NCBI GenBank assembly: GCA_009840135.1
Contig: VXOH01000036.1
Coordinates: forward strand, 1,720 to 65,719
Source: Chloroflexota bacterium
Lineage (GTDB): Bacteria > Chloroflexota > Dehalococcoidia > Lucifugimonadales > UBA3495
Direction of reading: 5' to 3'
DNA length: 64,000 nucleotides
Shown here: positions 17,435-27,088 of the stretch, piece by piece
Layout of the letters: each line of letters begins with the position of its first letter
Numbering within the stretch: position 1 is the stretch's first letter
Position numbers and translations under genes: made by a program
Notes under the pieces: model-generated
Seen by the model: the letters and a program-made list of their open reading frames with translations, nothing else
What the model was told of the DNA's origin: nothing
The model's database searches: none

Positions 17435-18781
17435 TTAGGTTGATCCTTGTAATCCGTCCTTCGACGCAAGGTCCTCTAGCAGCATTCCGGCAACCTGGCG
17501 CCCCATCCTCACCGAGTAATTGGTGCCCCGGTCTTCAGGATAGATCTGAGTCGTATTGGCGAGGTAGAGATTCTTGATTGGCGTTCGGTGATCGGGTATT
17601 TGCCGGCCATAGTTCGTTCCGATTATGGGCTGAGCGCCGTCAACCTTATGGTGGAAATACCCCCTGATCCAGGAACGGTCAAAGGCGGGATTCAGCTTTT
17701 GAAGATGGGGTATAAATTGGTCCACCAATTCCTCGGGGCTCTTCGAATATAGTTCACTGTCGCGGGAAGTATAGTTGGTCAAATAAACAATATGGTTTCC
17801 ACCATACAGTGCCGGGTCAATCATGTTGGTATGCTCGATGACGCCGACAAAGGGCAGGCTGCGGTCCGCGACGTTCAACCAGTACTTGGACGTCAAGGGC
17901 CGGTCCAGCGCCAGAATCAACAAGACAGCAGAAAGATATTCCACTCCTTCAAGTTTCGAGCTGTAAATTTCGGGCAGTGGGGGAACCAGCCGGGTAAAAA
18001 TGTAAGAAGGTGTGGTGGCCACCACAGCGTCATAGCTCCGGACCTCCGGGGCGCCTCCAGGTAGCTGGACCTCCAGCCCGGTAGCTCTCTGGTCTTCAAC
18101 AGCTACACGACTTACCCTCGCCGATATATGGACCGCCCCGCCCTGCACGCATATCTGCTCTTCCAAGCGGTCAAAGACCTCGCCGAAACTGCCCATGGGA
18201 TAGCCCAGGCGCTCCTTTTGCAGCGCCTTGCCGCGGGAAGCAACTCTAAGATAAATCTTTCCCCAAAGCCATGTCATGCTGATCTGGTCGTAGTAATCGC
18301 CAAACTTGCCCCGCAGCATGGGCTCCCATATTGCCTCGTAAATGTCCTTTCCCAGGTTTCCGGTCAACCAGTCCTGGGCAGTCACGCCTTCAAATTTCTG
18401 CCAATTGCGGGTCTTCTGGAGAACGAAGGTAATCAGGCCCAGCCGCAATCTCTGAACCAGGCTGAGGGGCTTAAACCGGAGCAAATCCAGGGGGGTAGCG
18501 AAGTCCCAGATTTTGCCGCTGTGATAGACCCCCACCTTGGATTCCAGCCAGGCCAGACTGTCTCCCAGACCCAATTCGTGAATCAGGTCCGTCATGTCGG
18601 TGTCGCTGACAAACAGGTGGTGGTAGCCGCGTTCGAGCCGGCCTCCTCCGACATCGAAGGTCGAGGCCTGGCCGCCCAGAAAAGGCGCGACTTCAAAGAC
18701 TTCGGCAAAGTGCCCGCCTTTCGTGAGCTCGTAGGCTGCTGCCAAACCGGCCGCGCCGCCCCCGATAATCCCGACCTTCAT
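17435..18781 (-). CDS. NAD(P)/FAD-dependent oxidoreductase (amine-oxidase / phytoene-desaturase-like fold)
   Basis: 448 aa. N-terminal dinucleotide motif KVGIIGGGAAGLAAAYEL..EVFE....GG. Its ATG overlaps the upstream stop (TGATGA at 18778-18783). No signal peptide seen. Confidence 0.8.
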   Translation of the reverse strand: MKVGIIGGGAAGLAAAYELTKGGHFAEVFEVAPFLGGQASTFDVGGGRLERGYHHLFVSDTDMTDLIHELGLGDSLAWLESKVGVYHSGKIWDFATPLDLLRFKPLSLVQRLRLGLITFVLQKTRNWQKFEGVTAQDWLTGNLGKDIYEAIWEPMLRGKFGDYYDQISMTWLWGKIYLRVASRGKALQKERLGYPMGSFGEVFDRLEEQICVQGGAVHISARVSRVAVEDQRATGLEVQLPGGAPEVRSYDAVVATTPSYIFTRLVPPLPEIYSSKLEGVEYLSAVLLILALDRPLTSKYWLNVADRSLPFVGVIEHTNMIDPALYGGNHIVYLTNYTSRDSELYSKSPEELVDQFIPHLQKLNPAFDRSWIRGYFHHKVDGAQPIIGTNYGRQIPDHRTPIKNLYLANTTQIYPEDRGTNYSVRMGRQVAGMLLEDLASKDGLQGST

Positions 18782-19863
18782 CAGGTTCCTTCCCCTCCGG
18801 CTGTTGTTACCCGTTGGGAATCATCGGCCGCTTCCCGATTTACCGCCAACTGCTTCAGGGACAGGTTTTCCTTCCACATCAGTACGAAGCCGGCCACATT
18901 TACCGGGAGCCACAACGCCACCAGGTGTACTACCAGGGCGTAGCTGGCCGCCACCGCCCAATCGACACCCATTACGGCCAGCGTTTGTTGCGCTATCAGC
19001 TCAAAGGGACCGATTCCCCCTATGGAAACGGGAAAGGCGGTGGAAAGGTTGGAAGTTGCGGTTACCAGAACAATGGCCAGTGCAAATGCCCAGAGAGAAG
19101 TGAAGTAATCATTGATTCCGAAGGAGTAGGCAACCGTCATATAGACTAAAATCTCTCCAGCCCACACGGGCAGGGACAGGAGCATCATCATGCCGTGTTG
19201 CCTGGGAGAGCTGAGGATGCTCAGCCCCTCCACGAAATTCAAAGCCAGGTCTTTGAGGCGTGGGCCAAATCTGTTGGGAAGCCTCCTGGATATGCGGTCA
19301 ATTACAATCGCCGTGCCAGGATTGACCGCTATGAAGGTTATGACTGACAGGGCCGCCAGCAGTCCCAAGCCGGCTACCCCCGCCAGTATGAAGGCCGCGT
19401 TCTGGTAAACCAGACCCAGTTCGCCAAAAACACCAGCCAGCAACAGAAGCAGCGCGGCCAGTACACTAAGCAGGAAAAGGGTCAAACCGTCGTAGATGCG
19501 TTCAACGCCTATCGTGGCCAGGGCTGTGCTGCCGCTGAACTGTTCCCGTTGAGCCATATAATATGCCCGAACGAACTCACCCGCGCGGGCTGGCAGCACG
19601 TTGTTGGCTGCATATCCGATGACGACCACAGGGTACAGCCGCATCACTGAGATCTTGCGTAGCGGCGAGAGAATGTATCGCCACCTGAAGGCTCGAAAAT
19701 ATATGCCGATGAAATATATGACCACGGCCGGCACAATATACAGGTAATTGGCGCCTGCCAGGGCCGTTGCCATATCTTCCAGGTCAATAGTCCAGATCAG
19801 GAACAGCAGGAAAATCCCGCTCACCCCGACCCCCAGCCAAAGCCTCCAGTTTGTGATTCCCAA
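18781..19863 (-). CDS. Flippase-like / UPF0104 (lysyl-PG synthase TM-domain family) membrane protein
   Basis: 360 aa, polytopic. FRAFRWRYIL and NNVLPARAGEFVRAYY...GVERIYDG, typical of the family. Confidence 0.75.
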   Translation of the reverse strand: MGITNWRLWLGVGVSGIFLLFLIWTIDLEDMATALAGANYLYIVPAVVIYFIGIYFRAFRWRYILSPLRKISVMRLYPVVVIGYAANNVLPARAGEFVRAYYMAQREQFSGSTALATIGVERIYDGLTLFLLSVLAALLLLLAGVFGELGLVYQNAAFILAGVAGLGLLAALSVITFIAVNPGTAIVIDRISRRLPNRFGPRLKDLALNFVEGLSILSSPRQHGMMMLLSLPVWAGEILVYMTVAYSFGINDYFTSLWAFALAIVLVTATSNLSTAFPVSIGGIGPFELIAQQTLAVMGVDWAVAASYALVVHLVALWLPVNVAGFVLMWKENLSLKQLAVNREAADDSQRVTTAGGEGT

Positions 19864-19901
19864 GTAGTCCGTCCTGTCGGGAGCTGTACGCTCCCGGGGT
19901 C

Positions 19902-22721
19902 CTAGTTCACGGGGCTTGTTGGTCCCGCGTCGTTGCGTTGGTAGGTATAGTATTCCGAGTTGAACCAGTCTGCATCCAGCCGTCGCAGAACCACGTAACT
20001 GAGCACATCATGCCAGTTTTTCGCCGTTGTAGCAGCTTCGCGGAAGTATGCGAGGTCCTGGGTGATTTCTTCCGCCGGGTTTTCTTCCTGGCGATGTTCG
20101 CCCGGTCTTCGGTAGTTTTCAGGGAACCACAGAAGATTGCGTCGCGGTCCCGATTGAGTGTAACCCATCATGGAGCCTGGGTCGGACGGGTTGTTGTGGG
20201 CTGCCACCAGAATCACTGGATCCCCAACGTCGCCTGTCAGGGCGCTGCATCCTCCTGCCCCCCCTTCGTCCTTAAAGCACCCAAAGGTGAGGCTTCCTTC
20301 CCTTTCCTGGTGGCGCGTGTACCACTGGAAAGGATACCAGATGTCGTAGTCAACCCTGGGCGGCAGCGACGACTCCGAATCTATCCGGCGGTCGAAGTAG
20401 TTTTCGTCCAGTTCTTGATGGCTGTACAGCAAGTCCTTGCTTCCCTGGGCATAGACGAGGATCTCCCGGCGGGAGTCATCAAAGGTGTATGATGCCTGGA
20501 ATGCAGTCCAGGCGGTAAAAGCCAGCAACAGCGAAGCAATTCCCAGGCCAATCAGGGGAGGGCTGTCGGATATGCCCGTCTTTCTCGCCAGCCATGCCGT
20601 TGCCAGGGCCGACACGATGGCGACTACTGCAGCAGCAAGACCAATGTACATTTTCCAATGGCCGTCTCCGGTCAGGAGCAGGGCTGCTGTCACACCGAAA
20701 ATTATGGTCACCTGCGGCCCAATCAGCAGAGCCGTTGTCACCGGCCAGGTTGGGCGTACCAACAACCGGCGCCAGGGGATTCTGTCAAACCACTCCCCCA
20801 GCAACTTGCCGGCCAGGAATATGAAGGGCACGGTGATGTTGACCAGCAGCCAGGGCATCTTTTCGCTGGCTACCGTATAGGCAAGCAGATTTACCAGGGC
20901 CCAGAAGGCCAGAGCCATACCCAGTCGGTCCCTTCGCTTTATGAATACGACGGCACCCAAAATGCCGAATATGGTGGGCAGGAATTCGTACACCGACATG
21001 CCCACAAAATAGTAATACCAGGGTTGGTTGCCGCGGGCGACCTCCTGCTGGGCTATCCAGTAACCCATACCCTGCCAGGCGCCGCTGAAAATTCCCGCCG
21101 GATTGGTGAAAAAGGTGGTAAACAGGGTTGCCCAAACGGTGTAAAAGATGCCGGCACAGGCCAACCAGACTCCTCCTCGCCAAAGTATGCCAACCAGCAG
21201 AGAAACGGTTGCAGCAGCCAGGATAACGGCCGACGCCACCAGGTAATTCAGCGGCAAAGCGTTTCCGTTACTCTCCACATGGATGCCCTCGGGCAACAGT
21301 CCGGCAAGAAGGGAATCCACCTGGATTGTCGGCAAGAACAGAACGGAGAATACCAGCGATCCCAGCAAAGGCAGGAAAATGAGCGGCAAGCTATGCCTCC
21401 AGGGGAAACGGGCATAGATGAACCATCCCAGGGCTACCGCGACCAGGCATAATGCGCCAAGATAGTCCAGCCAGTTTCCTTGTGGCGCCACCATAGCGAG
21501 GAAAATGGCCGCGGCGGCGGCGACCGGCGGCACAACCCCCAATATGCGTCGTCCCTCTACTGCGCCCAACCACCGTCCGTACCAGACGTAAGCCGCCAGC
21601 ATCATCAGGGCCATGCCACCCACTACCCACGCGGGGAACGCATACAGTGGCAGTTCAATGAAAGGTTCACCCCATAGGGGGGCTCCAACAATGCCCTGGC
21701 TCACTCCGTCCCTTCCTACCAGGTCCAGCCCGATGGACTCACCCAGATTTGTAACCGCAGCATCGTCCAGCGCCAGTCCGGCCACCTTGACGCCCAATTC
21801 CCGAATTAGTTCAACGCCGGCGGACCACTGGGGCAGGGTGAGGGTAACCAGCAACAGGAGGAAACCTGCGGCCGGCGTCACCCAGATCGCTCTCAGCAGG
21901 CCCCAGGCCCTCTTTGGAGGGCTTTCAACCTTGTAACCATGGTCAACGTCCGGTTCAGACGGTAATCCCTGCGTGGGCGAGCCGCCGTTGCCCTCGATCC
22001 CCGCGCCTCCGCTGTCAGCAGCGTCAGGTTCCCTGGCAGCTTTTTCCCTGGAGAAAGGAATGGCCAGGAGAAGGGCCAAAGCCCCGAAAATGGCGGCAAT
22101 TATGTAGGCCGTCTCCTTGCTGGCAAATGCGATGGCCAGGAGTGAGGAAGAGATGTAAAGGAATCTGTTCCTGGGGTTATGGCAATAGTGCCACAAGAGC
22201 ATAAAAAGGGAGACGGTCAGGACCGCCATGATGATGTCGTTGCGGCCAAATCGGCTGAAATATAACAACGACGGTGACACAGCCAGCATCAGACCTGTAA
22301 TGAATGCGCCGGCTCGGCCCAATTGGCTGCGCAAAAAGCAAGGAAGGATAACCAGAACGGTACCGAAAATCACATAGGCGAGGCGCGCAACAAAGTCGGA
22401 GTCACCCAGCAGGCGAAGGAAGGCCGCTACCAGTTCAATCTGAAACGGCCCATGCATCCAGGGGGAATGAACGAACCCTTCGAAATTGGACAGCCGCCAG
22501 GAATAGTAGAGATGAATTGCCTCGTCGTAGTGCATGGTGCGCCCGCTGAGATCCCAGAGGCGCATAACCAGGGCGGCAAGGCCGAGGCCCAGGAACGCCG
22601 CCACGTATCTTCCCTGGCTGGCGCCAACAAGGAAGAGGACTGCCCTCCCCGCCCAGGATTGGCGGAGGGGGACGCCGGATGAGTTCGTGCCTTGTTGGGT
22701 GCTATTGTCGTGGGCCGCCAT
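19902..22721 (-). CDS. GT-C-fold membrane glycosyltransferase-like protein (TIGR03663 / PMT_2-like)
   Basis: 939 aa, highly polytopic. N-terminal RLWDLSGRTMHYDEAIH (acidic DE motif in the first loop). Sits 14 nt downstream of the YYY-domain gene. Confidence 0.7.
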   Translation of the reverse strand: MAAHDNSTQQGTNSSGVPLRQSWAGRAVLFLVGASQGRYVAAFLGLGLAALVMRLWDLSGRTMHYDEAIHLYYSWRLSNFEGFVHSPWMHGPFQIELVAAFLRLLGDSDFVARLAYVIFGTVLVILPCFLRSQLGRAGAFITGLMLAVSPSLLYFSRFGRNDIIMAVLTVSLFMLLWHYCHNPRNRFLYISSSLLAIAFASKETAYIIAAIFGALALLLAIPFSREKAAREPDAADSGGAGIEGNGGSPTQGLPSEPDVDHGYKVESPPKRAWGLLRAIWVTPAAGFLLLLVTLTLPQWSAGVELIRELGVKVAGLALDDAAVTNLGESIGLDLVGRDGVSQGIVGAPLWGEPFIELPLYAFPAWVVGGMALMMLAAYVWYGRWLGAVEGRRILGVVPPVAAAAAIFLAMVAPQGNWLDYLGALCLVAVALGWFIYARFPWRHSLPLIFLPLLGSLVFSVLFLPTIQVDSLLAGLLPEGIHVESNGNALPLNYLVASAVILAAATVSLLVGILWRGGVWLACAGIFYTVWATLFTTFFTNPAGIFSGAWQGMGYWIAQQEVARGNQPWYYYFVGMSVYEFLPTIFGILGAVVFIKRRDRLGMALAFWALVNLLAYTVASEKMPWLLVNITVPFIFLAGKLLGEWFDRIPWRRLLVRPTWPVTTALLIGPQVTIIFGVTAALLLTGDGHWKMYIGLAAAVVAIVSALATAWLARKTGISDSPPLIGLGIASLLLAFTAWTAFQASYTFDDSRREILVYAQGSKDLLYSHQELDENYFDRRIDSESSLPPRVDYDIWYPFQWYTRHQEREGSLTFGCFKDEGGAGGCSALTGDVGDPVILVAAHNNPSDPGSMMGYTQSGPRRNLLWFPENYRRPGEHRQEENPAEEITQDLAYFREAATTAKNWHDVLSYVVLRRLDADWFNSEYYTYQRNDAGPTSPVN

Positions 22722-22735
22722 GGCGCTTCATTCTA

Positions 22736-25204
22736 TCATTTGAAGGGTGAGTAGGAGATCTTTTCATAGATGACTACGCTGTCGCGCTTGAACGCGGTTT
22801 CGAAAACGCCGTCCAGCGCCGCGGGTTGGCTGACCCCGTACTTGGCCCTCTCTCGGTGGCCCATGTAAACGTAGCGAACATCATAGAAGGAGAGTAGTCG
22901 GTAAACGACCAGGGGGTCGTCGCTCTGATAAATTCGGGCTATGTCCTCCTCCCTGCCCTGAAAGGTCTCGGCTGTTCCCCTCCACTGGTGTTCATGTCCC
23001 TTCCAGCCCAATATGGTTGGCCTTCCCGTGGCCGCCGAAACCCGGCTGAATTCTGAGTAATCTTCACCAACGGCCTCGACAATTCTGCCGGGCGCGGCTT
23101 CGTCCCGGAGCCAGGTAATGGCAGCATACTCGCCCGGATGGCTGTTCTTGATGAATTGCAACCCGTCCAGGGTATTTGAACTGAAATCGTGGTGTTCACC
23201 CAGGACTCCCGTTCGGTCAAGGGTTGCTCCCACGGGATAGTAGAGCGCACCAATCAGCAGCAAACAAGCTGCTCCGCCCAGGGCCAATTGGGCCCCCCGA
23301 CCGAGGACTTGCAGCTGCTTGAAGCGCGAGACGCAGTAGTAGATTCCGAATGCCCCGACAATGCCGAGCAGGAGCCAAGCCTGGTAATAGACCTTGAATA
23401 CCGTATTCATCCGGTTTCCAAAGAAGTCAGCCAGGTGGAACAATTCGGCCCCACTCAGCAGGTAGGCTGCGGCGGCCAATAACAAGAGTGGAAAAATCGT
23501 CCCGCTGCTTTTCCCTCTTAGAGCCAGGCTCAATGCCGCATATCCGGACAAGGCAGCCACCGCCAGTCCGGGCACCACGGTAACTGTCCTGATAACCAGC
23601 AACCCCGTCAGTGAATCAGTCTCCCGAGTCAGCGCCCCCCAGGTAGCTGCCAAAACCAGCCAAAGGAGCCAGGGAAGAACAGCCACCATTACCGCCATCA
23701 CGATGAGCGATGCTTCTTGCTTTGCTGGCCTGGGCCAGTCCTGGAGTCGACGCCATAGAAATAGAAGTCCCAGGAAGGCAGGGCCCCCCATTACCAGCAC
23801 AAAGTGAATCGGTCTTGTGCCAGGCCCGAGGTAGGGAAGGATACCCGATACCTGGGAGCTGAGGGTAACGTAGAAAGGCAGGTACAACAGAACCGAAAGC
23901 ACCAGCAACGGGACCACAAGGCTCGCCGAGGCAGCGACTGAACCCATCAACTTGCGCGTCCCGAAGTCGTCCCCGCTTTCGTTTGCATCGCCGGTTGACT
24001 CACGCGACAGTAGCGCTTTCGCCAGGATAACTGCGCCCACTATTCCGCCATAGACCGGAAAGTCCCAGGAATTTACAAAGGCCAAAGCTCCCAGGGCCAG
24101 GGCCAATAATCCGAAGTGCCAGGAGTTTCTTAGTATCCAGACGCGGCCTATTGGTTCCGGCAGAAAAAGGACATTCAAGGCCAGCGCCAGGACCAACAGC
24201 AGGAAGGGCAGGTTTAATACGTGGGAATGCAGGTCTCCCAGCAGGAAACTGAAAAACGGGAACTCGGTTATGGTGTAGTCCAGGCTGACTCCGCCCCGCA
24301 GGGTGTCTATTACCCGGGTCGCTCGCCACCACCACCAGTTGCTGTCCGGGAAAAAGCCGCCGCCGGTGGTCCCTTCCAAGCCCTTGATACCCGCCCATTG
24401 CCAGAATTCAAGAGGAGCCCAACCCCGTACCTGGACCAGTTCCAGCACTCCTTCCAGGTTTCCGGCCACCGCTATTAGGGTTGGAGCGAAGAGACCGAAG
24501 AGTATTCCAGAGCGAAAACCTCCTCCGGACAGTCGTATCAGGTTATAGGTCAGGCCAAATGAACCCGCGACCACCAGGGCGGGAATGGTAGCCATGGCCA
24601 GATTGTAGCCCGCGTTGGAAGTTATGCCAGCCAGCTTCATGGGCAACGCCATCATGAAGTGACCGAAGTAGTAGTAGCTAATGGAATAGCCGGAGAGCCA
24701 GGGGTCTTCGGGAGGAAACGATGGGCTTTGCAGTATGCTGGTCAGAAAGGCAAAGTCCATAGGTTTTTCTGTGTGGTTTATCGCCGGAACTTCGGAGATT
24801 ACAAAGACCCAGGCCGTAAAGGTTGCCAGGAACAAACCTTCCACGATGAGTATGTACCGCCATTGCTCCCTCAGATACTCCTCAATTTCCGGCCAGCGCC
24901 GGTAATACAACCAGGCGAATACGACCCCACCGACCAGCAGGATTGCGGCGATGGTAGCTGGAGAATTGGGCAATACGCCGGTCAGCCCAAGTACCCACAA
25001 GGTGTAGCCGGCGAGCAACAATGCCAGAACTTTGGCCAGGGAATAGCCCCGGTCGGGCAGAGCTTTGAACAGGAAGATGGCCATAGGGGTGGCCAGCAGT
25101 CCCATTAGTTGGATGGTGAGGAACCAGGCCAGGTGATCAGACACGGGCGCCAACCCCGTAAGGGAGTTTCGTCCAAATATGCTGGGAAGAAACCCCGTGG
25201 GCAA
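22736..25204 (-). CDS. YYY-domain (DUF2298 / chlor_Arch_YYY-type) polytopic membrane protein
   Basis: 822 aa with the signature GYSISYYYFGH. The C-terminal soluble part is homologous to the C-terminus of the 1553-aa protein at 59061-63722. Confidence 0.75.
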   Translation of the reverse strand: MPTGFLPSIFGRNSLTGLAPVSDHLAWFLTIQLMGLLATPMAIFLFKALPDRGYSLAKVLALLLAGYTLWVLGLTGVLPNSPATIAAILLVGGVVFAWLYYRRWPEIEEYLREQWRYILIVEGLFLATFTAWVFVISEVPAINHTEKPMDFAFLTSILQSPSFPPEDPWLSGYSISYYYFGHFMMALPMKLAGITSNAGYNLAMATIPALVVAGSFGLTYNLIRLSGGGFRSGILFGLFAPTLIAVAGNLEGVLELVQVRGWAPLEFWQWAGIKGLEGTTGGGFFPDSNWWWWRATRVIDTLRGGVSLDYTITEFPFFSFLLGDLHSHVLNLPFLLLVLALALNVLFLPEPIGRVWILRNSWHFGLLALALGALAFVNSWDFPVYGGIVGAVILAKALLSRESTGDANESGDDFGTRKLMGSVAASASLVVPLLVLSVLLYLPFYVTLSSQVSGILPYLGPGTRPIHFVLVMGGPAFLGLLFLWRRLQDWPRPAKQEASLIVMAVMVAVLPWLLWLVLAATWGALTRETDSLTGLLVIRTVTVVPGLAVAALSGYAALSLALRGKSSGTIFPLLLLAAAAYLLSGAELFHLADFFGNRMNTVFKVYYQAWLLLGIVGAFGIYYCVSRFKQLQVLGRGAQLALGGAACLLLIGALYYPVGATLDRTGVLGEHHDFSSNTLDGLQFIKNSHPGEYAAITWLRDEAAPGRIVEAVGEDYSEFSRVSAATGRPTILGWKGHEHQWRGTAETFQGREEDIARIYQSDDPLVVYRLLSFYDVRYVYMGHRERAKYGVSQPAALDGVFETAFKRDSVVIYEKISYSPFK

Positions 25205-25265
25205 TCAGGAGGTAGTGGGATAAAGTCATAGCCCGCACCGGCGGATGAATGGTTGCCCTGCCTGG

Positions 25266-26222
25266 TCAGGGTACCGGGGCAAGTAGAGAATCCACGAATT
25301 GGGTGGCGTCAAAGGGAGCGATGTCCTCCAGGGACTCACCGGTGCCAATGAAGAGAATCGGCACATTCAGTTCATGCTTGATAGCCAGCGCGATTCCTCC
25401 CCGCGCTGTGCCGTCCAGCTTAGCCAGGAATATTCCGGTACATCCAACCGCCTGGGTGAATGCCTGGGCCTGGGCCAGACCATTCAGACCGGTTGTTGCG
25501 TCCAGGGTCAGGATGACCTGCTGCGGCGCCGAGGAATCAAGCCGGTTCAATACGCGGTGGACTTTTTTCAACTCCTCCATCAAATTGGTACGGGTGTGCA
25601 GCCTGCCGGCAGTGTCAACAATCAATACGTCGGCGCCGCGGGCCCGGCTGGCCTGGTAAGCATCATAGGCGACGGCCCCTGGGTCGGCACCGGGCTGGTG
25701 GCTGATTACTTCTACGCCCACCCGGTCTCCGAGGATTTCCAACTGCTCTTCTGCAGCGGCCCGGAAGGTGTCTGCGGCCCCCAGCACCACCTTTTTTCCT
25801 TCGCGGGTGAAATGGTGGGCCAGCTTGGCTATGCTGGTGGTCTTTCCCACCCCATTCACTCCGACGACAAGAATCACGTAGGGCGAAGACACTGAGGAAA
25901 AATCCTGCCACGCGTCCGAGCCGTCATCAGCCTGAAGGTCTTGAACCAGGGATGCCTTGAGCCGGTCAAATGCAGTGTCGGCGTCGGAAATGCCCTCGTC
26001 TTGAACGTGCGTTTTCAGATCCTCGATTATTCGCAGGGAGGCTTCTACACCTACATCGGCGGAAATCAGGATTTCTTCGAGCTCTTCCCAAACCGCTTCA
26101 TCCAGGTCAGAGGACCTGAGAACATCGAGGATGCGGCCGAACCACCGTTCCCTGCTTCGCTTGACGCCTTGTTCGGTCCTGGCCTGGTTGTCTTCCCTGT
26201 TTCGCTGGAAGAATGAGAGCAT
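25266..26222 (-). CDS. ftsY: Signal recognition particle receptor FtsY
   Basis: 318 aa. [31 protein letters not shown] and [11 protein letters not shown]. The N-terminus MLSFFQR...FGRILDVL resembles short FtsY starts. Confidence 0.9.
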   Translation of the reverse strand: MLSFFQRNREDNQARTEQGVKRSRERWFGRILDVLRSSDLDEAVWEELEEILISADVGVEASLRIIEDLKTHVQDEGISDADTAFDRLKASLVQDLQADDGSDAWQDFSSVSSPYVILVVGVNGVGKTTSIAKLAHHFTREGKKVVLGAADTFRAAAEEQLEILGDRVGVEVISHQPGADPGAVAYDAYQASRARGADVLIVDTAGRLHTRTNLMEELKKVHRVLNRLDSSAPQQVILTLDATTGLNGLAQAQAFTQAVGCTGIFLAKLDGTARGGIALAIKHELNVPILFIGTGESLEDIAPFDATQFVDSLLAPVP

Positions 26223-27067
26223 GGCTTTTCCCGAGTGCTGGTTGCAGAGTTGGTACTGTCTGAATCAGGATTTTCCAGGAATGCTTCGGCGGTATCCGCA
26301 AGGTGCCCGCCGGATTGCGCCGGCGCAATTGGCTCCCCCGCTGCCATGGACTGAGGGAAATCGGCGACCTCGCATTGGTCCAGTGCTACCTCGGCGGCGG
26401 CTCGTTCAGCATCGGTTTTCTTGCTGCCCTTGCCCAGTCCCAGAACCCGTTCATCTACCAGTACTTCCACCGTGAAAACAGGTTGGTGGTCGGGTCCCTC
26501 GGTGGAAACCAGCCTGTAATGAGGTGTGGAGAGCCCCATCCCCTGTACCATTTCCTGTAACCGGGACTTGGGATTCTCGATTCGACCCCGGCGCCGTCCG
26601 ATATCTTCTATCTCCGGTCCGAGAGCCCTGAGCGCGAATCCCCGTGCGGCCTCGTATCCCTGGTCCAGGTAGATAGCGGCTACCACCGACTCAAAGGCTT
26701 CTTCGAGTATGGATTCCTTGTCCTGGCCGCCTGACTCCAATTCTCCCTTTCCCAGGGAAAGGTGCTTTCCCATGGACAAGCGGCGTGCCGCTCGGGCCAG
26801 GGATGGACGGCAAACGACAAAAGAGCGACCCTTGGTTAGTTCGCCCTCGGTAATCCCGGGGAGTTTGTGATAAAGCTCGGTGGAAACTATGAGCTCAAGA
26901 ACCGCGTCCCCCAGAAACTCCATGCGCTCATAGGAATCCAGGGGTGACCCGCCGTGCTCATTGAGGTAGGAACGATGGACCAGGGCCTGCTTTAGCAAAC
27001 CCTGGTCCTTAAAGGTCAGGCCGAGATTGGATTCCAGGTCTTCTATTGCCAAATCGCTACCGGGCAA
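26066..27067 (-). CDS. rnc: Ribonuclease III with a ~95-aa low-complexity C-terminal tail
   Basis: 333 aa, TTG start. HRSY, ERMEFLGDAVLE catalytic signature and a dsRBD (PKSRLQE...GSKKTDAERAAAEVAL). The tail overlaps the 5' 157 nt of ftsY in another frame. Confidence 0.85.
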   Translation of the reverse strand: MPGSDLAIEDLESNLGLTFKDQGLLKQALVHRSYLNEHGGSPLDSYERMEFLGDAVLELIVSTELYHKLPGITEGELTKGRSFVVCRPSLARAARRLSMGKHLSLGKGELESGGQDKESILEEAFESVVAAIYLDQGYEAARGFALRALGPEIEDIGRRRGRIENPKSRLQEMVQGMGLSTPHYRLVSTEGPDHQPVFTVEVLVDERVLGLGKGSKKTDAERAAAEVALDQCEVADFPQSMAAGEPIAPAQSGGHLADTAEAFLENPDSDSTNSATSTREKPCSHSSSETGKTTRPGPNKASSEAGNGGSAASSMFSGPLTWMKRFGKSSKKS

Positions 27068-27088
27068 TTTCGGTCCCTGGAGCCAACC

